Part shown: in pieces, positions 42,274 through 56,304 of the stretch
Layout: every line of letters starts with the position of its first letter
Numbering within the stretch: the stretch's first letter is position 1
Source: Eledone cirrhosa
Taxonomy: Eukaryota
Length of the DNA stretch: 64,000 nucleotides
Reading direction: 5' to 3'
Assembly: GCA_964016885.1 (NCBI GenBank)
Contig: OZ024741.1
Location: 67,456,001-67,520,000 of the forward strand
Notes under the pieces: model-generated
What the model was told of the DNA's origin: nothing
Database searches by the model: none
The model's input: the letters and a program-made list of their open reading frames with translations, nothing else
Made by a program: the position numbers and the translations under genes

Positions 42274-44398
42274 CTATCCGTTAGGGTATAACGTGGGGCT
42301 GTAATACAGGAAAGTTTTGTGCAATTTATGTTTACAAGCCGAAAATGCCTCAGATTTTTTGTTTAAGAAGTGGTCTGTAGCGTAGAGTATTTCCAGGGCC
42401 TCAGCGGCGCAGAAGTCACATGGTCTTTTATTTCCGTTATACGATCTAGCCCTAGCTAGGATCTCCCAGTGTAACTTATATTGGGTGTGGTTGTCTTTTA
42501 GACTCCCGATATAAGCTGAAAGTGACGTCATATTCCTTCTTAGAGGGTAACGAAAAGAATGGGTATGCATGTATAGACGCTGCTTGAAACTATTGGCGGT
42601 TAACCCTATGTAGGCCCTACGGGACGTGGGTGTTACAACCTTACATTTGTAGACAATGTTATTAGAGAGGCATTTCCCGGATAGGGGGCAATCAGCCCGA
42701 TTCCTACAATTACAGTTAGTACTAACTACAGGGTTGCACGTGTTCCTACGGCTAGTTTAGCTAAATTTGAAGCTGTGATGTTATGTGCAAGGTTAGGAGT
42801 CGTAGAGTAAGAAATGTTAATAGTATTTCTATTAAAAATTTTACTATATTTATGTGTAGGGGAAAATGCTTCGTAATAAGGGAAAGAAAGATCTTAGCTA
42901 ATGGTGTGGCCACCTCCATATTATATGGTGGGTTAAACCAACAAATGCGACGGGATCTATTTCTTCTAGGTCTATTTTCGTACTCTGTATATGCTACCTT
43001 ATCGACAAATCCACTTCGAGCAAGAGCTTCATTGTAATAAGTGGAATGGTCGTTGAAAATGCGCTCGTTGGTGGAAAGACGGGAAAGCCTCAACGAAACG
43101 TTTCTTACCAGGTTCTTGGTTATGCTGGCAGGATGGTTGGAATGCTTACTTATGTAATTAAGCGTATCATTCGGCTTTCTATACGGGTAATACAACCCAT
43201 TCAATAAATTGAGGGTAACGTCGAGGTAATTAACGACCGACAGATTGGCCTCAACCTGTATAGAGAGGTTGAAGCCTTTAAAGAAGGCTGTGAGTTCTTT
43301 TCTGAACCTGTCGCAAGCACGAGGTCCGCACTTAGTCATGGTCAAAAGACCATCGTCACGGTACAAACCACCGCCCGCGTTGGGGAATTTGTCCTTGATA
43401 GAGAAAAGAAGGAAAAGGCCAATAAGATCAGTAACTTCCGCAGAGTCACTGGCGCCCATACTCACGTCGAATGGGGTACTATTGGATATTTTAATCCAAA
43501 TAGAGTCGTCGAAATTAATCACCGACTTTCGGGCATCAAGGATGACATCAACTTCAGAATCCTTAACCACTGTGAGTGTTTTAGCGAAATTGATAGCTCT
43601 AAGGAGAAGTGGTAAAGTGATGGAGGAGTAGTAATTGTTGATATCGAATTGGATAAAACGGCAATGTTCCTTGTTACATATGCCGTTGAACCAATCAATC
43701 ACTGCGAAAGAATTGTTCCACAGTACGAGAGGGGCCAAACTTCTAATTTCAGTTATAATTCTATCAAGAATCGTTTTACTAAGTCTACCTAAATCGGACT
43801 TCGTAGGGTTAATAAGCCGAATAGAGGGGTTGTTCGGAAAATTGGATTTGTGATCCTTCAGGGTAAAGTGGGGAGAGATAGGATCCAGAGGTTCGGTCCG
43901 GTCCAGGATGTTGATATCAGATGTGATTTTAAACCCAGCATCGTTGATTTCATTGATGACGCACCGATTAGTTTTACGGTAATCCTTAGTTACAGCATTA
44001 TGTAGTAGTTGATGGTAAGTACTGCGCTCCACTTGATATAGGTTGCCAGTTTTGTCGGAATGGACGTGCACGGCGTTAGAATCCTTAATAGAACGAATTC
44101 TATTCTTCAGGTCTAGCTGGAAGGAATTGCTCCTATTCCAAAATTTGATATTCCGAATGAGTTCCAAGACATCATTTTCGAAGGGTAGCAATGCTGGGTT
44201 CGACGGAGGGTTATTATAGGTTTTAAATCCAAATTTATCCTGTTTGTTGTCTGCTTTTCGCGGATTATCGAAATAAAAGGCACGCCAACGCAACCTTTTA
44301 ATGAACGCGTCTGTTTTCTGTATCAGGAGTTTTAGGTATGTTTTCCTGCTTGGTACGGGTATGTTCTTTGTAGAAATATTCAGATGTTGTTTCTGCAT
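42274..44398 (-). pseudogene. Naiad PLE RT + GIY-YIG polyprotein, copy 2
   Basis: Translation identical to copy 1, with the same frameshifts. Confidence 0.9.
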
Positions 44399-45232
44399 GA
44401 TGAATATAAGTCAGTAGAGTGCTCAACCGAAGGAGCCAAATAGTAATAATAATAAAATTGAAGACTAAAATCCAAAGAGGGCTCGATAAGGAAAATATAT
44501 ATCAAATATATAAGAACCGTAGACCAAATATTTATTAAAATAACAGATTAAAGTTTAAGCAAAGAATCGCTGCTTTCACCCTTAACGGGATCTTCTGAAA
44601 CTAACAAAGTCAATCTGTAAACGCAGAACTGGATATTTCAAAAACGTTGCAACCGGAGGAATACAGGAAGACGATACTTTGGTTCGTGGAAACGTTCGCT
44701 GGCAAAGAACGGGAAAAATCGAATATAATACGTCATTAATAGGAGCGGTGAAAAACAATTACGCGCAAAGACAAAACCACGTTTATGGTATAAAAGAGGT
44801 CGTAGACTAATGTTCTCTTAGGTGGTGCATAGAGACGTTCTCTGGCAAATAACTAAAAAACGAAGATAATAAGTCATATGTGGAGCGTGGAGAACAATAG
44901 CACGCAAAGACAAAACCACGTAAATGGTATAGCGGAAATCGTAGACTAAAATTCTAACTAGGAGACCAAATCAATCTCCGCTACAGAGTTAAGAACAAAG
45001 TAAATAAATACAATACAGAGATAATAGAAACAAATAAATACATACACGCAAACAGATACGTACATACACAAGCATACGCAAAACCTTACCATGGGTATAC
45101 AAAACCACGCACATATAAATATGTGTGTGTGTGTATGCTTGTGTACAAATAAATAAATAATTATATAAACGTATATAAGTAAATAAATACGTATATAACA
45201 AGCGCACACGCATACCTACATATAAATACACG

Positions 45233-45814
<582 letters not shown>

Positions 45815-46164
45815 TATATACATATATACATAAACATACAAACAAGGAGACGGAAGATGTCTGAAAGGGAAGCAGAGAAACACCGAGAAAAATGTAGTTC
45901 AAAATCTGTTCAATATTTTCAAAAAATTCGCAAATATTTTATTGATATTAAATTTGTACTTGAAAAAATTAATTTTGTATTTGAATGGTTTCCGCAAACA
46001 ATTCAATTTCTTTTTTATTATTTCTAAATACAATTATGAATGTTTAGCAATAATTATTTCAATAATAATTTGTTCCTTTATGTAACTTGTTTACATTTTA
46101 CGCCATAAATAAATTTAATACGAGGATAGTTCTAGGCAAGAATATATATATACATGTATATGTA

Positions 46165-46313
<149 letters not shown>

Positions 46314-46329
46314 GTATATACATATATTA

Positions 46330-46416
<87 letters not shown>

Positions 46417-46439
46417 GTATATACATATATTACACATAT

Positions 46440-46485
<46 letters not shown>

Positions 46486-47362
46486 CTGTGTGTGTGTCTA
46501 TATAGTTGCTGTATATGTATATCTAGCCTACCAGTGTATATTGAACGCCTTTTCTTCGAATCAATTTTTATTTCAAGAACCTTTAATAGAATAATTTTGT
46601 AAATATGGTATTTTGTAAAATTGTTCTTTTTGTTTGTTGTTTTGGAATTTGTTTTATGGCTCGTCTGGAAAGGAATATAATATTACGATACCTAAACAAA
46701 CCACAAAAGAACATTGCTATGTGGTTAATGATCGAATATATAATTATCTTCAATTTGTAACACTTGATTTGTTTTAATGTTTAGATAGTTATTCTATTTT
46801 CATTTTATATTTTTAAAATAATTCTGTATTAGAAATTATTCTAGAGAATCACATATTTGAAAAATTACTCAATGAAAAATACATTCGATAAAATTTGGTT
46901 AGCTGAACCATCATACCGCAATATAAACATATAGATATATGTATGTATGTATTTATGTTCTTCTGGTCTTATAATTTCACACATTTTTACCAATAGAGAG
47001 AGAGAGTCGGTTTCTAACATAGACACAAGACTTCCTCATTGGAATTTACACAACATCAACTAGGTAGATATGTATGCATGTGTAGATATGGATGTTATTG
47101 TTTGTGTGGATGTGTATATGCTTTGTATCTGTACATGTGTATATACAGTTATTAGAGGCAACATTTTTGTAATGTTTTACATATTTTCACTGTTCCATTA
47201 ATGGATTGTACTTATAATTTCCTAACTAGTTGTGTACTTTCTGTTTCTGTGAAGCCCAGCTTCTCAAGATTTGTATTGAGGCAGTTACTAACATATCCCA
47301 GTGCCCCAATAATCACAGGCATAAATGTGATGTATGTATGCATGTATGTATATATATATATG

Positions 47363-47468
<106 letters not shown>

Positions 47469-49506
47469 GAGGTTATATTTAATTTGTTGGGATTCAAAAA
47501 GCTTAAAAAATGTTTATAACTGATATAAAGCACTAAACAGATTAGGGGAGTAAATATAAAATATATTAACAAATGGAAACTATATTTATAAAACCATATT
47601 TATTTTATTATACATATTTCAAGGGCCACCAAGGCAAATTATGGTGCGCTTTCATCAGATAAAATACAATACAGAATTAGTTTTATAAATAAATATTGGC
47701 ATACCCTGAAAAAAAGAAAATCTTTTGAAAATTCCTTTGAAGGATATAGAAAATCTATATTTTTATATTTTTATATTTTTATATTTTTATATTCTTATAT
47801 TTTTCAAAGGTTTAATATATATATACAAATGTTTATATATATGTGATAAACATGGTGTTTTTTTAATATATGTTTGGTATAACGTAAAATTTATGCTTTA
47901 AATATATTTTGAAAGTTTTTGTGCTTTATGCTTTAAATATATTCTTATGAAAATTGTTTTAAATGTTATCATTTTTAAATATTATAACTTTATAACAAGT
48001 AAATTTATGAATTTATAAATTTATGACTTCGTATAAAATAAGACAAGGTTCATATTCTAATTACTTTCTTAAAATAGAAAATTTAACTTTTTAACTTCAT
48101 AATCTTATAGCATATAATCCTTAGAGTCATCTGAGTTATTAATAACTCACTTATAACTTCCTTTATACTTTACTGTTATTATAATACAAATAAGTGGTTA
48201 TTCTTGTGTAAACTCTCGGAATTTCCATAAATTTAGAATTATTTGGGTATTTTAAATTTTTTACTTACAATTTTTAATAATTAATAATATATATATTTTA
48301 TAATAATATATATATATTTTTTAATATTTTTTAATATATTTTTTAATAATATATAATATATAATAGTTTTTTAAAATATGTTTTTAATAATCTATAATCC
48401 TTAACATACACATTTAAACTAATTATTAAATTATTAATTAAACATTTAATCAAATCTATTAAGTAAACTTTTAATCAAATTTTTTTCAACCTATCATTAT
48501 ATATAGCATAGTCAAAACAACGAATCCTGCTTTATTATTCATCCACGCTATATTCGTTTCTTCGGTTCTTCTTCTTTCCTCTCACGTAAACACACTTACG
48601 CTATATTTGTCCTTTATAACTAATATTTTCTCTCACTTAAATATAATCACCCTACACTCTTCTCACACTATTCCACAGGGCAAAATATATATGACCAATT
48701 CTTCTTTTTCTCTTTTTTTCTTTTTTTCTCTCTCCCTCACAATATCACCTTCTCCCAACAGTTTAATTTAAATATACCGTTATTTAAACTTTTCGGACAC
48801 TCATTTGCATACTCAATCATAACTTTATATCACCCTCAATAAATCTAGTACCTCCACTATCCAGGAAGCTCCAACTGTTAAGGTTGTCTTTTTTTCAGGG
48901 TATGTCAATATTTCTTTATAAAACTAATTCTGTATTGTATTTTGGCAATTTAAAATACAACAACTGCCGATGTTGTATTTTAATTTTAATTTTGCTTTGA
49001 TTCTGTTTTAATATGATTTTAATTTTTGAATTTAAATTGCCATTCAGAAATATTATAATGGATGTCACCCCACTGTGCATCAATATATATTTATGTATCT
49101 GTATGTCTCTTGTGTTGGAAAGGAGGTCATGTATGTAAACAAACATTGAAAAATGCTCCGAACACTCCAAACCTCGGTTTGGATGAAACAATTGTAAGCT
49201 AATAACTGGTTTGAACAGAACTTTGATTCATGTGAATTCTATATAACTGCTCTGTAGAACAACTGATGTTATTACATTGAGCTATTTATCTTACTGGTAA
49301 TAAGGTAGTAATAAATTACTGTCTTTCACTGTTTAGGGTTTAAAGTATATATAACTATAAAAAGTTTTAGTATATACATAACCATAAATAGTATCCTTAA
49401 TACTATATATATATATATACACACAAATAAAAGGCAGAGTTAACTCAAACTGATACCCTGTAATTAACAAGCTCAAAGTATAAATACTGAACATTTTAAT
49501 AATATA

Positions 49507-50139
49507 TGTAGTAATAAACACAGTAAATCGTGTGTCTAAAATTACGAGGGTTGAAGTACTACATTTGTTTGAGAAATTTAATCAGAAGCAAACGGAATAT
49601 ACATAAAATTAAATTAAATATATACAGACCACCCCAATAACTTTTACATCTCCCGGACAGATTAGGGATTTAATCCGTTTCGCCCTTAGAATTGTGTTTG
49701 TAACAGATAATCTTGTCAGTATTTGTTAATTACAGGGTATCAGTATGAGTTATTAACTCTGCCTTTTATTTGTATTTTGGCTCCCTACTAGGTGAGCTCA
49801 TAAGTTGGGTGTATTAGGCTATTGTTTCTAGCCAATCCATTGACTTCTAGCAAACGAGGTAAAATATTCATTCGTGTGGCTTTTAGCTTAGGTGTTTGTT
49901 TCATTTAATCTAATTCTCTCGCTGATGATGCCCACGGATTATGTGTTACAAACACTATTATCAGGGCGAAACAGATTAAATCCCTAATCTGTCCGGGAGA
50001 TGTAATAGTTATTGAGGCGGTCTGTATATATTTTATTTTATTTTATGTATATTCCGTTTGCTTCTGATTAAATTTCTCAAACAAATGTGGTACTTCAACC
50101 CGCGTAATTTTAGACACACGATTTACTGTGTTTATTACT

Positions 50140-50140
<1 letters not shown>
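49507..50140. mobile_element. HHR-bearing repeat (plus) with inverted copy of its 3' end
   Basis: 49507-49686 is the inverse of ~49963-50140; ~49420-49470 is the inverse of ~49723-49775. Confidence 0.75.
49915..50000 (+). ncRNA. Type I hammerhead ribozyme, canonical core
   Basis: TCTCTCG-CTGATGA-T-GCCC-(30 nt)-GGGC-GAAA-CAGATTA-AATCCC-TAATCTG-TC-CGGGAGA: 7-bp stems I and III, GUC triplet. Predicted cut after 49993. Confidence 0.88.
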
Positions 50141-50182
<42 letters not shown>

Positions 50183-50186
50183 ATAC

Positions 50187-50805
50187 ATTATGAAGAGAGA
50201 AGAAACATTAGATATAATTAATAAGATATATCATACCCAAACTCCTTCTTTACTCCTCGACTACGTAGTTTCGTGGCATATTATGCAAAAACACTACATC
50301 ACATAGATATAGAAATTTTGTGATGTCTGCCGACTTATCAAGAGGTACCTCATTAAGAGTTTCAAATCACGTCCGTAGGACGCGAGATAGAATCCCGAAA
50401 GGCGTAGGGGGAGTCAATCACGTGATACAGCGGTCATGAAACAGAGCTAAGCCTCTTATAACCATGAAAAAAATACCACGGAGTTATTTTGTCCCAGTTA
50501 TTCATAGAGCAACATCGGTTGAGGTTGGCACCACTAATTCAAAGATATATGTGTATATATTCATGTATATGTATGTGTCCGCATGTATCTGTGTGTTTCT
50601 ATATATTGTTTATAACTCCCTTTGGCCGAGTAACCTTTGAAGTGTAGTGACTGCTGGAAAGCTATCATTACTCATACTTCTCGCCACCTTAGCCACCTCT
50701 TCTATGGCTTTGATATAAGTACCACCTCCACCTCCGTGGTATTTTTTTCATGGTTATAAGGGGCTTAGCTCTGTTTCTTGACCGCTGTATCACGTGATTG
50801 ACCGT
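50187..50805. mobile_element. Diverged family C repeat in inverted-pair arrangement, HHR at 50255-50345 (minus)
   Basis: 50187-50483 parallels 2098-2398; ~50500-50802 is the inverse of the unit's other part. Confidence 0.75.
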
Positions 50806-50807
50806 GA

Positions 50808-52328
50808 TTGACCGCCGCCACCGCCAGCACCGCCACCACCACCACCACAACAACAACAACTCAGAGCAATAACGACAATAACACCGACAGCTTCAATGTA
50901 AACACGGATAGCGGTGGCAACAGCATCAACAAACAAAACAAGAACAACAACACCAATAACAACAGCAACAATGACAACACCAACAACAAGAGCACCAGAA
51001 GCACCACATTTGAAAAAACAAAGCGCTTATTGGATATCGATATTGATATTAGCGATAAAGACGAACAGTTGGCCCAGGCGTGGAGGCTAATTAAACGCGA
51101 GAAGTCCTGGGCAAACCTGACCATCCCGGACGGGGCAATAGCGGCCATGCAAAGTAGGATGGTGTACTTTCGATACATTTCGGTGCAGACACAAAAAGTG
51201 GAACTTGCCAGCCAAGAAGAGGTCGAGGCTGCTTTGGAGTACATCGGAAGTAACATAGAGTATAAAGCAAGAGACAAACAGTTCGGTACCATCTCGGTTC
51301 TGTTCAAAACCGAGGCCCTCGCTATTAAGCACTCGGTGACCCCCTGCAGAACGGAACGCATTATCATGCATCCGTCCTACATGGGTAAAAGGACAGTAAA
51401 GGTCCGCATTCCCAGAGTCCCACCAAGAATGAAACTATGGTGGCTGCTGGGATGCGTAATCGAGGAGGGGACAGACACTACCCTCCTGGATATCAAAAGG
51501 ACAGAGAGAGAGGACTGGTCCGGAATAGATTTGGAGATTCTTCTCCAAATGAAACCGGAGGACATGAACAACATCCAGGATGTTGCCCGCCTGCAGGACG
51601 CGACAACAATCCAACTAATCATTGACGGAAGAAGGCCACGCTGCTTCGTCTGCGGGAAAGCAACGCATCTGCAAGCCTTCTGCCCTCAGCACAAAAATGC
51701 AGGGGGTCGCAAACCTCCTTTGTTGCCAACGCCCGTGTCAGCACGGAAAGCTGCACCACCACCACCAAACACAACACCAACAAAGACACGGACACCAACA
51801 TCAAAAACAGCCGGATCACCACCAACACCAAAACCAATACAAGGGGGAAATCGAGGAAAGCCCCCCCCCCCCCCAATTATACATATAGACAAAACAATAA
51901 ACGCACACACAGACACAGAGACACTCACAGCCACAGACCCTTTGTCTTCCAGCAGCGAAGATGAAGGAAAACCCAAAAGTACAAAAAAACAAAAAACTCA
52001 CCCAAAAAAGCACCAACAAAACACAAAAACATACACAACAAAAAATACAGACACCACTAACTCAAACACTTCCCCAATAACATCAGCACCAACAGCAACA
52101 TCGACACCACCCCCACAATCCCCGAAACGCAAACAACTTAAACAAGCACAAGTACAAATAAACACACAAATACCTGAAATTGCAGACACCACACCTACAA
52201 CAAACACAGACATACCCGAAACAACACCACCAAAACCATCACCACCACAGTCACCAAAACGAAAACAAATAAAACCACACCAACAAAATGTTAAAAACTT
52301 CGTGCTTGTCAGAAGAGCCAACGATTAA
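50808..52328 (+). CDS. LINE ORF1 (gag-like) with CX2CX4HX4C zinc knuckle and Pro/Thr-rich tail
   Basis: 506-aa ORF containing CFVCGKATHLQAFC, directly upstream of the APE domain. True start uncertain. Confidence 0.75.
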   Translation: MTAATASTATTTTTTTTTQSNNDNNTDSFNVNTDSGGNSINKQNKNNNTNNNSNNDNTNNKSTRSTTFEKTKRLLDIDIDISDKDEQLAQAWRLIKREKSWANLTIPDGAIAAMQSRMVYFRYISVQTQKVELASQEEVEAALEYIGSNIEYKARDKQFGTISVLFKTEALAIKHSVTPCRTERIIMHPSYMGKRTVKVRIPRVPPRMKLWWLLGCVIEEGTDTTLLDIKRTEREDWSGIDLEILLQMKPEDMNNIQDVARLQDATTIQLIIDGRRPRCFVCGKATHLQAFCPQHKNAGGRKPPLLPTPVSARKAAPPPPNTTPTKTRTPTSKTAGSPPTPKPIQGGNRGKPPPPPIIHIDKTINAHTDTETLTATDPLSSSSEDEGKPKSTKKQKTHPKKHQQNTKTYTTKNTDTTNSNTSPITSAPTATSTPPPQSPKRKQLKQAQVQINTQIPEIADTTPTTNTDIPETTPPKPSPPQSPKRKQIKPHQQNVKNFVLVRRAND

Positions 52329-52620
52329 CTGATGGCCCTCTTAGCTCGAAGCGAGGACATTCAAATAGAGGGGGAGATTTTGAAATGAGCACATTTTGCG
52401 TGCCAGAAGATTTACTTCTGGTCCGAATGTCACTCAATTCCTTAAAAGAAATTCGAGAGAGCTTTCCTCAAGACATGGGAACCCCGAATGTGAAACCCAC
52501 ATCGAGACTTTTAAAGAGGTTCCCTAAAGAAACCCCACCAACCATGGAGGTCGAACCACCCGACCTTCACAAGACCCCGGGAGGTAAGTAAACCTTCCCT
52601 CTCTCTCTTAGGTTACCAAC

Positions 52621-55600
52621 ATGGCCATATTAAGAGTAGGAAGTTTAAATGTTCGCGGCCTGGGGTCACCCTGGAAGCAGGGTCGCCTGCTCAATGACCG
52701 CAGGTCGCTGGAAATGGATGTGTTTGCCGTCAGCGAGACCAGAATTTCAGACACGCGCGCACTAGCCCCCATTTTCGACGACTATCAGATCTTCGCATCT
52801 GTTAGCAGGCCGGAAATGGGGGTGGGGTGGCAGTGCTGTTTAGAAAAGGACTGGATCTCGAGATAAGGTCGATCTTCCGGGACCCGGACGGTAAGTTGGT
52901 GGTCTTGGATGTCAGCAGTAGCGAAGGTGGTGCCTTTAGACGGCTGGCCGTCTACGCCCCTACAGAGACCGGACGACCGGACTTCTTTAGGCGCCTGGAG
53001 ACCTTTCTGGGTAGGTCTCGCCTTTTACTATTAGCGAGGGGCTGGAGGGCATCTTAGACGCACGCTGGGATTGTGTGGGAGTAGCCGATAGGAGCGGGGG
53101 GTGCAAAAGCCTCAAGCACCTACTCAGCCAGTTCCAACTGTCTGACAGGTATCGACTAGATTTCCCCAATGTGCCAGTATGGACATGGACCAACCGAATG
53201 GGGGTCATCTATATCGTATATAGACAGGATATTCATTAGGAAAATAGATAGAAATAATGTAGGCTGTCCACTTTTAAAAGGGTCGCCTATTCAGATCACA
53301 AATTTGTGATCTGTACGGTCGGCCTAGATAAAACGCGTAGGTTAGGACCGGTTTACTGGAAGCTGAACATGTCATTTCCTGCACGTAAGGCTTACAGGGA
53401 CCGAGTCAACAATTTTGTTAAGCAAAAGTTGTCAGGGAGGATAGCAACAACAGATGGTGGGAGGCTCTCAAAAGAGAGATTAGAGTAACTTCGATAGAGT
53501 TCAGCAAAGAACTAGCGTTAGAGAAAAATAGAAAGGAGGGGGAGCTGGTAGATAAGTTAAACGAAGCTATTTGTAGTGGCATTGCAACTGACGTGCTAGC
53601 GGCGAGAATGGCATTAGACCATTTCTTCAATGCGAAATACGAAGGTTGCATTGTCAGAGCTAAGGCGCTCGCGCTGAGAAACGAGGAAACCAAAGCTGTT
53701 CGATGGGCCCGCGTGCCGGAGGCGCAGCGTGGTAATAAAACCACGATTCGATCTTTGGCGAACCGAGACGGACACGAGATAAGCGATTCCAAGCGGATGT
53801 GTGAGGCCTTTCGCCAGCACTTTGCTCGGTTGTTCGGGGAGAGTGGCGAGTCAGAGAGAGTAGCGGATTTCAGTCCCTACCTTGACGGCTTGCCGCGCAT
53901 CTCGACGGTCGACGCTGAGCGCTGCGAGAGGCCGATTACTTCAGCCGAAATTCAGGACACCCTTTTCGGCTGCATGAGGCGCAAGTCACACGGTTTGGAT
54001 GGCCTGCCCTACGAGCTTTACGTAAATATGCCAGACTTGTTCTCCGATCTCCTCGAAGCACTCTACTGCAAATGGCAGCAGAATGGGAGTGTTCCCAGTT
54101 CTGTGAGCAGGGGAGTGATGACGCTGATAAGGAAAGGCGAGAACAAGAGGGATACATTAGACAACTTCAGGCCCATAACTCTGGTCAACGCAGAGTTTAA
54201 GATTTTGGCCAAGGTTTTAGCAAGGAGATTGAAGCTTTTCGTCGAGGATTTGTTTGGGGAGGCGCAAACTTGCGCAATCCCAGCCAGGTCCATACACGAC
54301 AATCTCCACCTCATGCGATACATCATAGAGAGTGTAGGGTGTAAACCTGGCTTCAATTTAGATCAATTTAGATCAATCGAAAGCATTCGATAGGGTTGAC
54401 CATCGGTATCTGGAGTTTGTCCTCAAAGCAGCTGGCTTAGGCCCTGGCTTCAGAAGCTGGATCGCTGCAATGCACAGCGGCACGCGCTAGGTGGTCAAGG
54501 TTAATGGCCACCTCTCGGAACCATTTCTGCTCTCCCGGTTGGTCCGTCAAGGGTGCCCTCTCTCTTCCCTTCTGTACGTATTGACTCTCGAGCCTTTACT
54601 GCGGAAGCTGGAGCTGTTGCAGTGCATCCCGCTCGAACGGGGACATAGAAAGGCGGTGTCGGCTTATGCAGACGACATCACCGTGATGGTGTCGAACACC
54701 TCAGAAATCGAGGTGGTTGGCACCTTATTGAAGGAATATGAAAGGTTGACAGGAACCAAACTTAACCTGGAAAAGTCGGTGGGCTTGCAGCTCGGAACCT
54801 GGAGAGGCAAGCCCATGCCGTCCAACAGCGTCGTGGGGCGCTGGACGGACCCACCGGTAAAGTTGGTCGGGGTTTGATTCTGACCAGACCTCCAGGTGGA
54901 AAAGAATTGGGACGAGGTAACGAGCAGAGTAGCCAGTCTCACCCAAAAATGGGCTGGGAGGAAGCTATCACTGAAAGGTCGTGCGGAGGTGGCGAATGCG
55001 TACATCGCGTCAGTCATCTACTACCACCTGACCGTCGTGCCGTGCCCCCGTCCGCGCCTCGTCAATTTGGAACGGCTCCTCTTCAAATTCTTGTGGAGGG
55101 GACAAGTTCGGTTGGTGAGGTGGTCCATCTGCTGCCAGCACCCTCTACGCTGAGGGCTGGGCATGCCGTGGATAATGATGCGCAGAAGTGCGTTGAGGCT
55201 GCGACATCTCCAGATATTCTGCCTCAACGGTGAACAGGTGTGGTCGCCGTTTATGAGACGGGCCTTTCCGCAACTCATTTCTTTCACTGAGCTGCAATCC
55301 TGAGTCAAGAAGAGACCGAGACTGGGTGACTGGCACCTGGAATGTTGCCAGGCACTCACTGCCCTCTACCAAGCGAGCAATGCGATCAGTGGAACTTCCA
55401 CTCTCGATTTGTATAGAGGATTAGTGGTGGGAAAGTGTGATGACGCACTCGGAGAAGCTTTGGGCCTCGACGAAATCGAACTGACCAGTCTGTACCGGAG
55501 GACTTTCGAGCCGGGGACGATGGACAATTTCCAGAAATCCCTCGCTCGGCAGTGCTACCGGGGGGGGGGGGGGGGGGCACTGCCGGTTCGGGATAAACTC

Positions 55601-56046
55601 TACAGGCACGGAAGTGCTGTCAGACGAATCTGCCCAAGATGCGCACAGAACGACGAAACCGTTCTGCACGCACATGTTCAATGTCCGTGCATTACTGACT
55701 TGTGGAGTTATGTCGAACAGTTACTGTCGCGTGGGGAACGAATCCGGCTATCGGCCGAGTCCATAGTGAAGATCGACCCGCCGCCTTCCTTAGGTCAGGA
55801 AGAGCAGGAAATGTTCCTCTGCCTGATGGCAGTAGCGAAAGAGTTTGTATGGTAGACGAGGTTGAAAGGACTGAAAACAGACACTTTTCTCTTCGGCCAA
55901 TCCCTCATCAACTTTTTCAAGTTTCACTTGGAAAGGAAGGTGAGGGTGGAGAGAGAAGTGCTGCACCCAGTACATTTGCTGAAAGGTGGGTGAATGTAGC
56001 GAGAATGGCCCGTGTGAGTGGGCCTACTATGGTCATGCGGCCGTAG
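52621..56046 (+). pseudogene. LINE ORF2: APE endonuclease, RT and C-terminal zinc motif, with multiple frameshifts and stops
   Basis: SLNVRGL, SETR, VYAP, SDH; GLDGLPYE, FRPITLVN..FKILAKVLARRL, VRQGCPLS, AYADD; CPRC...ETVLH...C. Confidence 0.92.
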
Positions 56047-56304
56047 GTGGGTAAATTTGAGGAGGGGAGGGGTGCCCTTCCAGGGTGCTCTCGAAGCGTC
56101 GGGTCGTTCAGGATTGGTGATGTACCTGAGCGAACCCTGGGTGGTCATCCCCCCTATTGGGGAATATTTCTTGTATTTTTCTTGTTACTTTGTTATTGTT
56201 ATTCATATAGTTTACTCGATTTTTCTGTAAAACCCCACTGTCCCAGTCTTTTGTATTGTGCCCTGTATGTCGGCCCTTGTGGCCAATAAATGAAATCATT
56301 ATTT

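Larger units (their letters stand above)
50806..56303 (+). mobile_element. Tx1/L1-clade non-LTR retrotransposon, near full length, decayed
   Basis: ORF1 with zinc knuckle, ORF2 with APE-RT-CCHC, and a 3' UTR ending AATAAA...ATCATTATT. Confidence 0.88.
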
